From contig JAHLWZ010000310.1 in NCBI GenBank assembly GCA_020536535.1, forward strand, positions 1-64,000: a DNA stretch of 64,000 nucleotides, in the 5' to 3' direction. The stretch is from Pelomyxa schiedti. Lineage: Eukaryota > Protista > Evosea. The translations under genes and the position numbers were made by a program. Position 1 is the stretch's first letter, and each line of letters begins with the position of its first letter. Under the pieces are notes generated by a model, which was not told where the DNA came from, ran no database searches, and saw only the letters and a program-made list of their open reading frames with translations. Below, piece after piece: positions 38,982-52,300 of the stretch.

Positions 38982-41900
38982 ATGGCAACGACACTGCAAC
39001 AACAGGTCTGTTTATTGTAGTTGTTTTGAATGACTACAAACCCTCTCTCTTTTTGCTGTTCAATAGGACCCCCTTTCATCATCCTCTGGTACTACGGGCA
39101 CTACCAGTGGTCGTTCGTACGAGAGTGGGGGAAGCGGCGGGGGCGTCGGCAGTGGCATTGGTAGTGTCTATGATGCACCCTATGGAATTCACAAGCACGC
39201 GAGGATGGGAGATGCGAATGGTGTTATGGCTTGCCTGCTTAGGCACGATGACATTGATGTGGTATTATGCCCTTTGGTTCGTCTCGATTTCTAACATTCC
39301 TAAAGCAGGTACACCTACTTTCACTTGTGACGTTTCTTTGACTTTTTTTCTTTTAAAATTCTCTTTGGTTGCCAATTGCAGCTGGTAGTCTTCATTCCTC
39401 ATTTATTTTGTTTTTAAGCAACCATTAGCCTGTATGTTACTCTGATTTATGAACAATACCCTAATTTTTTTCTTGCTATATGGTTATTCTGTTTTTAGGA
39501 TGTACGCTTTTCTTTAATTTACTGTTTTGTCTAACCTTTTTTTTTTCGTAGCCTGTATGTTCCTATTCCCTGTTCCTCTTGTTAACTTTTGTGTAGTGGG
39601 TATTCTCCCTTTATTTGACTTATTTCTGTGTCTAACTTTCATTTGCCTCTGGATCTTAAGTTCAAAAACGTATTCCCAATTCCTTTGTAATAAATGACTT
39701 TCTCATTGTTCACAAGGGGGTAAAGTTGCCTTTTTTTTTGTTTATTACTGACCTTAGTTTCCCGTACAACTCTGTACTTTCTCAGCCTGTATGTTTACTT
39801 CTCTCACCTTTTACACCTCTAACAAGTTCCATTCCAGAGGGTACCCATTTTTCCTCACTTTTTTTACAATATTAACTTCATTGTGTTCTCGCTTCAAATA
39901 TTTGTAGATGGTATGAGTGTATTTCTTGCAATCTCTAAGAATAAATAGGACACAGCCTTGCACATAGCATGTAGGCTCAATAATTATGATATTGTGAGAC
40001 TTCTACTTTCCCATGGCGCTTCAACAACAATTAAAAACTCTGCCCAAAAAACACCTCTGGACGTGTCCTCAAAGCAGTTTAATGAAAGAGTTAATGGTGG
40101 GTATTGAACCATTCAATTTGAATCTAACCTTTGACTAGCCTTGATAATTGAGATTCAAAGGTTTCTTCTGTATTCCCATTTTCAAACACAAACCCTGTCC
40201 ATCCAGTGATGTGACCAAAAACAAAGAAGGAATTGTAGTTGCAACACCTGCTGCAAGGCCCGTCCAAGAAGTATCATCACCTAGTCTCTCTCAAGAGAGT
40301 TATAGTCCCATCATTGCACCACAAACACCTCCACCAGTAGCATCTCCAAACCCATCACCACAGCCAGAGTTTGATTCCTCTCGATCATTTACATCAGATG
40401 AATGCATGGTACTACATAATGTTGATTTCATATTGCATTCTCACCGTTATTATTAGAATAAGAAAACCGATAAGCATACAGACCCAGAAGGAACAGGGAT
40501 GATTCCAAAAGTTGAGAAAAGTGGGGGTGCCACCACGCCTACTATTGCTGACAGTCCACGAGACAGTCCTATGGGTATGGAAAGGAACAGAGCTGCATCA
40601 GCAATTGGGACTTCAGGAGGATTATGGGATATGAAGATGTATAAACCAATTGACTCTTTTCCAGAGGTACTTTGATCTCCGGCGGTTATCTCTCAAAATA
40701 TTACAGTTTGAAGATCCTACATATGCACCAGCAAAAATTGAAGAAACAAAAAAACAACAACCAAGTCAAGCTCCCCAACCGGTCCAACCAGTGCAACCAG
40801 TGACTCAAAAGGCCTTACTTACCCAACCATCAACATTCTTCAAAAAATTTTTTGGAGGAGCCATGGTATTTTCTTTCTTAAATGTGACACAACTAATTTT
40901 AAATTAGACTGACAAACGCGATACACCATCTTCACCAACAATACAACCCCAGCCAACTCCCCAACTCCCACCACCCTCACAAGCAGTTCAAACGCCTCCC
41001 GTGCAATGGGCAGCTACCACACTACCATCAACACCATCCCCTCAATTCCCACTACCACCAAAACCTGTACATCATGCTCCAGTGCTTGGTGTCAACAGAG
41101 CCAGAACATTCCCACAGAAACCATTGCCTCAAAATCCCCCTTTATCGCCTATTGACACAGAGACTACACACGAAAGATCCCATGCACAGCCACCTCCCAC
41201 ACCTGTGGCCGCACAACCAATTCCAGACAATCTTCCCACCACACAACCAGCCCTTAGCAACGAGGTCAGTACCCAAGAACCGCATGTCGATACTACTGCT
41301 ATGCCAGTACCCACCGACCCAAAAGCAGCAATGCCCTTGCAAGCTGATACACATGCTACTCCTGCAACACAGGAAGTCCCCACTCTGCCTCGAACCACTG
41401 AACAAATCTCACCCACGGTTGCACCTTCCCCCTCACCAGTACAAGTGCCGGATGCACCTCCGGTACAACCAGCCCTCACGCAAGTCCTTGAAGCAACCAT
41501 TACAGACGCCACGCCTCCTCAAGTACCTCGTGTTGCCATTCCAACTGATGACCCATCCGCACTTTCTCCGACCCTCCCACAGCTTCCTCCACCTCCCCTT
41601 CCACAACTTCCTATTCCCCCGCTTACCCTAGATATAGCTTTACTTCCACCTCCGCCTCCAGTTCCTACAGGCCTTGTTCAGCCTCTTGGTGTGGCACCCA
41701 CACCTCAAGGTTTACAGCAGCCGGGACACACACCAACGCAGATGGCACAGTCACCCTCACCTGTTCTCCACCACCATGGAGTCCAAAGGAATGTCCCACT
41801 CCCCCCAGGCTGGATAGAACGGAAAGACCCCAAAACGGGGGCATTTTACTTTGTAAATACAGTAACAAAGACATCACAGGTACCACCACAAATCTCTTTC

Positions 41901-43383
41901 GTCTTAACTAATTGAGGCAGTGGGCCAGGCCAACCGCTCCCGCTTCCAAACCATGTATCTTTCTAGTCCCAAGATATATTAAATTCATTTTAAAACTTCT
42001 CAATAGCTATTCCACTTCCTCCTACACCTGTACAGCGGCATCAACCACAAGAGGATTCACAAAATCATCATTTGGCATCATCTGAGACATCAACTTTGGA
42101 TGAAATACAACAAAAACTGGAGTTGTTGAAACAAACTGAATTATTATTGCAACAAAAACAAGTATGAGGTCTGAATTTGGTGGCTTTTTAATCAATACTA
42201 GGAAGAACTCGCTCGAAAAGAACGGGAGCTGGAAGCACGGAAAAACCTAGAGGCAATTCGATCAGCTCAACCAAATTGGCAGATTAATTTTAGCGATCTG
42301 GTATTACAAGAAAAAATAGGAGAAGGAGGATACGGCGAGGTACTTAACTTTCAGTTTCCAATGCCTTCTAGGACTAATTTGTATGAAGGTATATAAAGGC
42401 ACATGGCAAGGCACAGTAGTTGCCATAAAAACTCTGAAGGGATTTGAGTCCTCACTGAAAGAAATTGCCTCTTTTACGAAAGAAGTGTCAATTCTCAGGT
42501 TGATTTCTACTTACATCGCACTTCTGACATATAAAAGGACCTTGCACCATCCAAATTTGGTGCTATTCCTTGGTGCCTGTACTGCCCCAAAACTCTGTAT
42601 GGTTTCAGAATTCATGCACGGTGGAAGTTTATTTCAATTACTGTACGTGATCACCACCATCCCTTTGTTGACCACAATAGTTATAAAAAGAAAGTGGTAC
42701 CCACACCTCCAAGAAGACAGATTCTAGCTCTAGATATGGCACGAGGATTAGCATACCTTCACAATTGTCATCCACCAATTATACACAGGTAGAATTTTCG
42801 TATCAACTTATCATAAGAATATTCTGGCAGAGATATCAAGAGCCTTAACATCCTCTTGGACGAAAAAGCAGAACACGCTAAGATATGTGATGTTGGACTT
42901 GCTAGGGTTTTTGATGATGACACCGCCTCACTTATGACGAATGCCGTTGGTACATTCTGCTGGATGCCTCCGGAAATGATGGTGTGCCATATCCAGTTAC
43001 TCGTCGTCGATTAATGTCACACAGAAAGGAGAAAAATATAACGAAAAGGCGGACGTGTAGGCTTTCTCTCTCCGAGATGGTGTAATACCCCTATTAACCG
43101 TTTTCCCAGGTACAGTTACGCTTTAGTAGTAACAGAGATGATTACCGGGAAACTCCCGTTTTCCGGGCTGGCACCGGCACAGATAACACTCAAAGTGGCA
43201 GTCTCACAAGAAAGACCACCTCTTCCCACCTCGGTACATCTCTTTCTTAGACTCTTTACCAGTTCTCACTCTTTTCAGTTGAATCACCAGTGGCGGGAGC
43301 TTCTAGTTGCATGCTGGGCCCAAGACCCAACCACAAGGCCCTCCTGCATCGAAATCATTCAGGCACTCACCAGCATGACGTAG
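38982..43383 (+). CDS. Ankyrin repeat-proline-rich-WW-coiled-coil-TKL kinase, containing a micro-exon array
   Basis: ANK (IHKHARMG; DTALHIACRLNNYDIVRLLLSHGA; KTPLDV). WW (LPPGWIERKDPKTGAFYFVNTVTKTSQ|WARP). Kinase (IGEGGYGE|VYKG, VAIK, HHPNLVLFLG, HR|DIKSLN, CDVG, GTFCWMPPE, DV|YSY). Confidence 0.9.
39262..39948 (+). other. Array of 11 micro-exons (ten 3-nt, one 9-nt) separated by 12 phase-0 GT-AG introns
   Basis: AG|exon|GT at 39306-08 CAG, 39382-84 CTG, 39429-31 CCT, 39499-501 GAT, 39552-54 CCT, 39597-99 TGG, 39661-69 TTCAAAAAC, 39717-19 GGG, 39786-88 CCT, 39838-40 AGG, 39908-10 ATG. Introns are 38-73 nt and pyrimidine-rich. Confidence 0.85.
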
Positions 43384-43545
43384 ACAGAGTACTTCCCCGA
43401 CCCCAAATCACTAGAGTGTAACGCACTAACACAAAAAAGGCAAAAATTATCCATCCTATCCTTCTCTCTTTCATACCAACATTATGTGTAAGGGAGTAGT
43501 ATTCCTATCAACCCCAATCTGTGGTAATTAACTATCTTTCATTAT

Positions 43546-46500
43546 TTACTTCTTCCTGCTCATAGTCCTTTGCTTCTCGCCGCTCTCCACTATTTTCTGC
43601 ATCAAAGGCATGCCCTTTCTTTTCCTGACACTGTCCACATACTTGCGGGCTATGTTAGGAGGCAGGCCAGACTGGTCACTAGCATGCCCGTACTCTATGA
43701 CCTCTTCCTCAGTCGTGGGCACAAAGAATGGGTCCTGCTCAATGGTCTCATAGTGGTCAAACACAAGCTGCGGTACTGCCGCCCCTGATGTCTTGGTCCT
43801 TATTTCTGTCGTTGTGATTGTGATTGTGATTGTTGTTTTTGGATTAGAAAATAGGAAGTTCCAAGTGAATGAGTGTTGCAGTTGTGTGGGTGATAGGGAT
43901 AGAAAAGGAAAACATAAATGAACTGCAAAAAAAGGAAAATAAATTGGAGGAGAAAGAAAGGGCGGGCACACACCATCACTGAAGCCAAAACTTTCGGCAA
44001 CAGGTAGCCAGGCTCTGATAGTGAATATGCTTGTGCTGTCACTAACCTCTTCGCTGAACACTCTCGCTCTTCTTCTATGAAGAACGCCGTATACCTTGCC
44101 AAGGCTGTCCACTGTGTGGAAAATAAGTGTCATTGTGTTTAATGGGTTTTGTAGAGGGTAGTTACTTGGTATTCTTATCTCACATAAGAACAAAGGTTCC
44201 ATTAATCGTATCTGGCAGTCTTGAAGTGCCTGATAATAACTGTGTTAGGACAAGGAGTGATTAATTAGTATTTAACATTAATGCATCCTTCTTTCATTGC
44301 AGCAACAATCTGCCCGGACATTGGTCCTAGGTGGTCAACTGGAAATATCACAGTGAGACCTTTTTGAAACAAAAACGGAGGCACACATTCAGTAGAGGAA
44401 GTAAGCTCCACCGAAGTGACAATAAATCCAACAGAACACAGAGGTTCACCACAAAGAGGTCCGAAAGATACAGCCATTTGGAATCCGGCAACAAAACTGC
44501 TATCCAGATCACCGAGGGTAACTGAGAAGTTGTGAGCTATTTTAAAGATGTTCAACAGTGCACAATTTGACTTGATTGATGGGGTAACATCCGATGAAGC
44601 AGATGACGTTGTTGTATGCTCAACGGAAGCAGTGGGGAGAACATCGGTACTTCCTTTCTTTCTTTGCATGAACGGAATCCAATCCCTAGAAGAACGTAAA
44701 TTCATTTTTGTGGAACTATTGTATGAGACAGACGTGAAGTCAGGAACACAATTAAACAAGACATTTGGGCCACTGAAGTGAGGGCCAAGAGACCATATAC
44801 TAGGCAGTAGATTAAAAAAGAAATTTGAAGTGAAAAAGAATTCGCACCAGTGTGAAAGTCGCTCCCAAAATGGACCTTCTTCTCTGAACAGGGAAATAAA
44901 TTCTTCATAGAAAGCCAGTGCTTCATCTCCAGCAAGTTTCCCCTGTGTGACACTTAAAAATGGAAATTGGCAGGTCCGCCCAGGGCACCTGTTTTCGAAG
45001 TGCCTTTATCTGACTTGTATTATCGTTGATGAATTTAGTGATTTTCTCCGGTAGACGAATTGCTTGTATCTTGAGTAATCCTTGCTTGTTGGCTGTCCAA
45101 GTTTCAACTACGCCAGTGTTCTCAGTGGAGCTCTCAGCATCAGTATCGTCTGTTGTTGCTGTTGTTGTGCTAGCTTCATCTACATGATGGTGTGAGTTAG
45201 CTTCAGTACGCCAACTTTTTACCAGAAACAGTTGTGGGCAATATTGTTTCCTGGAAGGGAACAATTGGATCAGAACGTATTATGTCTATTCGTGCAAATG
45301 TGTCACGAAGGTCTCTCATGCATCTCTTTTAGAGATTTAAACAAGATGATGGAATTTTGCTGTGGAACCTCTAAGTGCAACTCTCCTGAGGTTAGCAAAT
45401 TGAGCTCTCCGGTATGGTGAATAAGAGTTTGACAAGCCGGGTCTGCTTGATTAAGCTGCTTCAATGCGGCAACTAGTTTGCCTCTCTCCGCTTTTTCACT
45501 TTGAGTTGGGTGGTTTATAAAAAAAATGTTGGTATACAAGGATTCCGCGGTTCTAACGCAACGCGTACAATTGGTTTCATCTTACGCTTCAGTTAGCTTC
45601 TAAAAGAAAAAAGAGACATCTTACCATAGAGCTCCAAAGAGGGGGAAATGAAGGAACATCCAAAACAGAGGATATAGTAGCAGTTTTAGTTACTACACCA
45701 CCAAGGCCACCTATACCAAAGATATTGCCCGCGTAGGCAACATCTAATGCTTCCAGACTTTGCCCTTTAGCACTTAAGTCAAATTGATCATTAACAGTGC
45801 GGTACCCATAAGCAAGAACAGGTTTTCAACAGTGGTGGATACAACATATTTACTGGGATCAGTGGGATCATAACGGGGTCCAAGAATAAAAACCTTCATC
45901 TGCTGTTACGTAAAGATCAAGAAAGGAAGGGTTGAACCTTTTTCCCTTTTCTAAGATTCCCACTAAACAAGCGAGCAACTGCAATGAAGACCTCATTTTC
46001 TTCGGAATCAGTACTCACATGCACAGGTATGGCCAATTCTGTGGGGCTAGATGTCACAGGTTCGCTTGGGGGAGATAGAAGTTCGCAGGGCTGTGCAGCT
46101 TCCGTGGACTGAGAGGCTGTTCCCGTCGGTGGGGATGGTTGCTCTGTTGGTATTTCTACAGGTTGTTGTGGTACTGGCTCAGGTGTATGCATTGGTACAA
46201 CAGTGCTTGTTTCTATGGGGAAGACAGTTTGTGGTGATGTAATTTCTTGATTGGGGACCCCAGTTGCGCTCTGCATGACATCAATGCTTGCTGTAGGTGT
46301 TTGCGAAGTTGCGGTAGCCTGTTGTGTGGGTGGTGTGAGTGCTTGTAGAAGTTGTACCCTTGGCCTTGCGTGAGGGTCCTTCTGCTTGAAGCAACCTCCT
46401 GGTAAGTAATCCTGACGAGATTAGTGGCAAAAAAAGGATTTCCAAGAAACCTTGTGGATCTTAAACACTTTGGCAATGTATGCTATAACTGGTGCCTCTT

Positions 46501-48311
46501 CAGCTTTAGAGCACTCAGTTATGGCACTCAACGCATTTCTTCTTGTGTTAGTGAAATCGATTTACGACGAAGCCATACTGTATCGCACTGCTAGTTCGAG
46601 AAGTTGACAGTGTTTTCAATAAGAACGGTAATCGTCGCTTCTGACCCTCTTGTGGACAGGGGATTTTTTCAACAATGGTATCTTCAATTGTTGAGTTGTA
46701 TGTAGTTATGAAATGAAGTACCAAGGATGGTGGGCGCAATAGGCCACCATGCTCGCATTATGGCTTGTAAACCTTCCCTCTTGTCGGGTTTTGCAAGTTC
46801 CTTTTCGTTAATATTGACATGCTTCAGGGTAGCCAAAATTTTCGCAAGCTTATCAGAATCTCTATTGTTTGGTGATCAGTTGGATTTACTTTCTTTTACC
46901 TTACGGGTTGATAAAAGAAGCTGTGTATACTTCCCAGATAGGTTTCAGGATAAACAGGGAAAACATTGTAGGTGCAGAAAAATAGGGTCCAAGGCGTTTA
47001 AAAACGCGTTTGACTTTGGGATCAAATGTGAAATTTCCCCATAAAGTTTGCATAAGAACTTCCTTTCTCATTCCGAGTTTTGTGCTGTACAGATTGGCGA
47101 ACTGCTCTAGCCTGTGTTTCGTTAACCACCAAGGCAAAGGATTTTCTTGTACCTGAAAGCCCAGCCATCCACAGCACTTGCAAATATCACATTCCCTTTT
47201 TCTGGCATGAAATAGGAATTAGCTTCCTCCGCTTCTTGTGTATCTAATGAGGCTGATGTCGATGTTGGTGCCGGTGTCGATATCGACGTGGATGTTGAAG
47301 TTGAAGTTGAAGTTGAAGTTGGGGCTGAGGTAGGAGATGAGGTAGCGGTAGATGGGGGAAGAACTTCTGTTTCAGGTTTTGTGTGTGCATGATCCAGATC
47401 TCGTATAGTTTCTTCATGGTGGAGAGTGCCCATAACAGCATTGACCTAAGTGCTCTCAGATGAAGTTAATACCGCCAGTCCAAAAAATAAAACCTGCTCA
47501 AGAATTTTTTGGAGGTGGACAAACGCTTCTTGTGGGGAAAGGTGCAGGTCTGTAACTAATCTGTTGATCATGTTGGAAAAGAGTAGTGCATTTCAAGGCA
47601 CACCGATCCATTTTATTGATCACCAGCACTGGAGTTAGCTTTTCAGACCAAGCTTGACGCAAGACAGCATGGGTCTGGATTTTGTTCAACCAAAAGTCGA
47701 ACCGAAGGGAATAACAGACCTGTATCAAAACCCCTTCAACAGCATCTACCAAGACAAGAGCTCCATCAGTTAACCTCACAGCAGCAGAGACCTCACCTAG
47801 ATAACTTTAAATATGATATAAACCGGGTCCTGGGTTCGCACACCACTAAAATCAACGTGGCCAGGTGAATCAACAAGGTTCATAAGAAACCTCTGTTCGT
47901 TTGGAGCTGTGGATGTAAGTAGTGGGAGGTGAAATCAAGATACACACACTCCCTGGTTTGCTAACATGAAGCAGAGAAATAGCACTAGCCTATTGAAGGT
48001 CAACAAAAAGTAACCAAAAAAAAGAGTTGTTTTAGGGGAAACTACCTTCATTGTTATCCTGTGTTCCTGTTCATCAGGTCTGAAATCAAGCAGTTTTACC
48101 TTACCAGCCAACTTTGGAGATATAATCCCATTTGTAGATATCAATGTGTCAGATAGTGTCGTTTTACCTTCAGGAAAAAAAGAGGTGAACCCACAAACCC
48201 ATAACTTCGGTATTGGTTACCATGGTCAACGTGAGCCACGATTGAGAAGTTCCGGATGTTATCCGTAGACGCTTGCAACGACCTCAACGTAGCACCACTC
48301 ACAACCGGCAT
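43546..48311 (-). CDS. EFL1: Elongation factor-like GTPase 1 (EFL1/Ria1), 60S maturation factor
   Basis: [13 protein letters not shown]|[18 protein letters not shown]|[29 protein letters not shown]|[20 protein letters not shown]-terminal VRKRKG...[11 protein letters not shown] typical of EFL1. Confidence 0.92.
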
Positions 48312-48364
48312 TCTTAATTACGTACGAAGACAGGAAAATGATTGCTTGATCAATGGTGAGGAAC

Positions 48365-49122
48365 CGGGACTTGGGGTAAAATACAAAAAACACTGATTTC
48401 CTCTGTGACAACAAGAAACACGTGAACAATGTGTTGCCCACACTGTCGTGTTGCAGTGATTTTAGAAGACGTCACACTCCCGAACAGTGGTGGAATTGTC
48501 CTGACACCCAAACAAAGCTGCCGCACCCCCGTGATCGAGGCCACACCCTCCCCGTTTTTCTCCCTCCAACAAGAAAAGCATGGTCACACACGACGTTCAG
48601 AACGAAACCCAGCCTCCCCCGAATCGAATTTTTGGTGTGTCGTTTTTCTCGGCTATGGAGCCTTGGTGTGTCCTGGAAACACGCTCCCCGGGCATCCCCA
48701 TCGACGGTCTGCCTGCGCTGCGGGGAAGTGGGAAACACTTCCCGCCAACTTGGAGGCCCCAGTGTGGAGAACCAGGCCCACGCACTTTTCACTTTTGGTG
48801 CGTCCACGCACCCGTCAAAAATCTCTGCGCTTTTCGCACACGCTGGTGCTTTTTCACGCACCAGTGCGTCCCGTTTTCCATTTTCATCATTTTGTTTTTG
48901 CAGCCTTGGAGTGGGGCGGGTGCGTGTGGTTCGACGGCGGTTAATGGCATGGGTGGGTGTGGTTGGTCGGTGTTGCTGGCAACAGCTTGAGAATGAAATG
49001 CCAGTGTACATCGACTGTGGACAAAATAACAAGGAAGTGTGGTGGGCACACTGTGACCCACCACTTTCAAACTGTGACTCCCCACACACAACGGTCGTTT
49101 TGGCATTTTACCCCAAGTCCCG
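48365..49122. repeat. 758-bp intergenic segment bounded by a perfect 18-bp inverted repeat (MITE-like or paired promoter motif)
   Basis: CGGGACTTGGGGTAAAAT at 48365-48382 and its reverse complement at 49105-49122. No TSD evident. Confidence 0.6.
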
Positions 49123-49371
49123 CTGGATTTTCTTGTCTACCACTACTTCCCATAGTTGCATTTGGGAGGCAAAAAGAGGAGGGAAACAATGGATTTCTTG
49201 GGGGACATTTGGTCCACGAGCCCAGAGGGATTTCTGCACCGGAGGTGCTTGAAATGTTGAAGGAAATAACTTCTCGAGAACTTCAAGGACCTTGGGAATC
49301 ACAAATTCCGTGTGGGCCCGTTTGGGCTGCCCTTCTTTTTTCCTCTACGCGTGATGATTTAGCGTAATACG

Positions 49372-52300
49372 ATGAGGGCACACGAGGTAACCTGCGTTGT
49401 GGTGGGGGAGAGCGACCACCTTGTGGAGCAGCTGCACGGAGCCATCTGCTGCGACCTCCGAGACCAATCAGCAGCGGCGCCGGGCTGCCACCACCACCCC
49501 GATCGCCGCCCCGCGACGATCACTGTGCCACCCCCCTTTCTCCCCACCACATGTGCTACATCAACCCCACACGTCATTGACATTTATCTGTGCCCTCCTC
49601 CTCCTCGTCGTGGTGCCACGCAAGCCCCCACAGAGGAGGAGGAGGATCCCACAGGGCCGCCGTCCCCCAACCACCACCCCCACCCCCACCACCACAACGT
49701 GCAGACACCGAACTCCACAAGCACATCGTCGTGGCCGATACAGGGCCCGGCATCATCAGCAGCATCATCACCAGCACGTGCAGGGGATCGCAGGAGCGAG
49801 TGCCCCCAGGGGGCCAGCGTGGGTGCCGAGGAGGTGGTGGTGGTGTGGTGGAAGGGCGACACCGCACAGCCACCACCACCGCAACCACCAGGCAAACAAA
49901 GCACTTGTGGGATGATGATGGGAATGGCTGCCACTGATGCCGAACCTGATGGTAACAGTAAGGGTGATGAGGATGATGGGACAGGGACTAGTAGTGGGTC
50001 TGCTGCTGCTACCACTATAAATACCGGGACTATTATGACCACCGGCGCAGTGGGAGTGGGTGGGGGAACGAGGAGGGAAGCGGTTGTGGTGTTGCTCCTG
50101 GTCAGGTGCCCCAAAGGAATTCCGGCCGAGAATGTCATTACTGACCTGAGGCGCGTGTACGGCAGCGACGCTGCTATGAAGGCCAACAGGAATTTGTTGA
50201 TGGTGGACTGCGGGATTCCTTCTGCGGGCCACAGAAAGGGCGCCCCTCTGGAAATGGCCTTCAGAGTGCGTGTGCGAATCGTGTTTCTAGGTTTATATCT
50301 CTTACTTTCTATTCACCAGCTCTGTGCATACAAGTTTGTGCAATGGAAGCCGGACTCGAAAACAGCCTTTGTGCAGCAGCTGGTTTCTTTAATTATTGAA
50401 TCCGCGAAGGCACAATGCTGCGGTGAGTTGGGATTGTAACTCTTCAGTGTATTCATTCTTCATTCAGATCAAATGGAAATGGAATACATATCGCCTGGCA
50501 AAGTCGGAACAGCACTCGATATTACTGAGATGGCTCCTCCAGCAGTCGACTCCCTCCTGCAGTTTCTAAGTCTAACCCCAGATGAAATGGAAAAGAGTAC
50601 TTCTGAGGGGAACGTTGCAGGTCTCACTGAAGCAGCTGCACTACGGAGATGGATTCAGGTGAAAAACTGGCCTGCAGTTAGGGAACTTGTCGGACTGGCA
50701 CAAACCTTGAGAGAACAGGATGTAAATCTTTCGGACTTGGAGTTGAATACTATTCCAGAACAGCTTGTGGGAATATCTTGCCGAATATTGGAACTTAGTG
50801 ACAACCCCATAAGGTACCTGCCGCCATGGTTCTTCCGTTGCAAGATACAGACTGTAGTATTGAGTGACAACTGTCCATTACTGGAATATGTTCCAGCACA
50901 CCTGAAGAAGAGATGGCAGGCACTGAAGCATTACCTACTCTTTGGGGAAGAACCTGTACTTCCACGTGGTTCAAAACTCCACAAACTGGTTCTTATTGGT
51001 GAACCTGGGGCTGAGAAGTCAGCCTTCTTGAAGTGCTTGATGGAAAAGAAGAAAGGAATAAAATCTATTAAACGAAAGAGCAGCCAACAATTCACACAGT
51101 CCACTCCAGTCATATCAGTACATAAGCCCTTCAAGTTATCTAAAACATCAGTGACCACATGGACAGCATGGGAATTACGTGTGCTGTGCTCACTTCTGGT
51201 TTTTATTTACTTATTTTTCCCAGGCACAGAGCATCCCTTGTATCCTTGCTTCTTCTGCAGTTACTCTATATTCCTTTTGTTCTTTGATTTCGACAAATTT
51301 TTTGGTCTTAAGGGAGAAGAAAGCAATGTCCACTTCTGGCTCAACGAACTATCTACCTGCCAAAGACTAACGAATCGATATGAGAATGCTGAAGTCATTC
51401 TAATTGGGTTTTCTGTTCACAAAGGTCGTCATGACAGTAAAGCCATTTATGACAATCTTCTGCACCCTTGTGTGATTTCTCACCTTGGAGGCAACATTTC
51501 CTTCCGTGGCTGTATGATTCTCAATCTGAGGAAAGCAGAGGGACATTTTATTGAATACCCATATACTACATACACTGTGGGCCTTACATCTCTGGAACCA
51601 ATCAAAGAAATAAGTCAATTACTGGATCGGTTAGTAGACGATCAGAATGCGCCAATCTCTTCCAGATGGGTCCACTTCTCTACAAGACTCTCACACGTGA
51701 AAGAACCTGTAATCAGCTGGTCCAAGTTTGTTGCATTGGCCAGAGGCTCTGGTGTCGGGATACAGCAGACATTAAACTCAGATGTGGACATTCAAATGTG
51801 CTGTGATTACTTGTCAGACACAGGAGCAATCATACACTTCAAGCATGAGTACTGGTCATGTTCCAATGGGAACTTGTCACAGTTAGTAGTGTTGAAGCCG
51901 GAATGGTTCAATGAAATCATGAACGTTGTGACTAATTCTGTTAAGAGACATGTGGATTTTTTGGAAAGATCCCAGCAGTATGGTGTGGATAGAACAGCAA
52001 CTTTTTTACGTGAAGTTCCTGGCTACCCTATTCTTCTGTCATTACTCTCATATCTAGATATGGTGCTGCTACATGATCAGATACCGCAACTTTCCATTTC
52101 AATGTTCCGCTGTAACTACTCATTGGATGCCCTCTGGAGCAGCAGCGCAGTTTCCGACAACCAAGCAATTGCGAATTGTATCAGGACAATTGAATTTGGC
52201 TCTCTACACAATAAAATGCTCCCACAATTGATGAATATGCTGTGCCAAGTACCAGGTGTGGAACCAAAGTTGTCTGGAAAAACTGGAGTATGGTTTTCTA

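Noticed and set aside
43806-43973. 56-aa apparent insertion in EFL1 domain V read through by the ORF track
   Set aside because: It is a 168-nt stop-free GT-AG intron; removal restores [13 protein letters not shown].
48422-49252. Several overlapping 130-280 aa ORFs between EFL1 and the Roco gene
   Set aside because: No recognisable motifs; they mostly use non-ATG starts and lie largely within an inverted-repeat-bounded intergenic segment.
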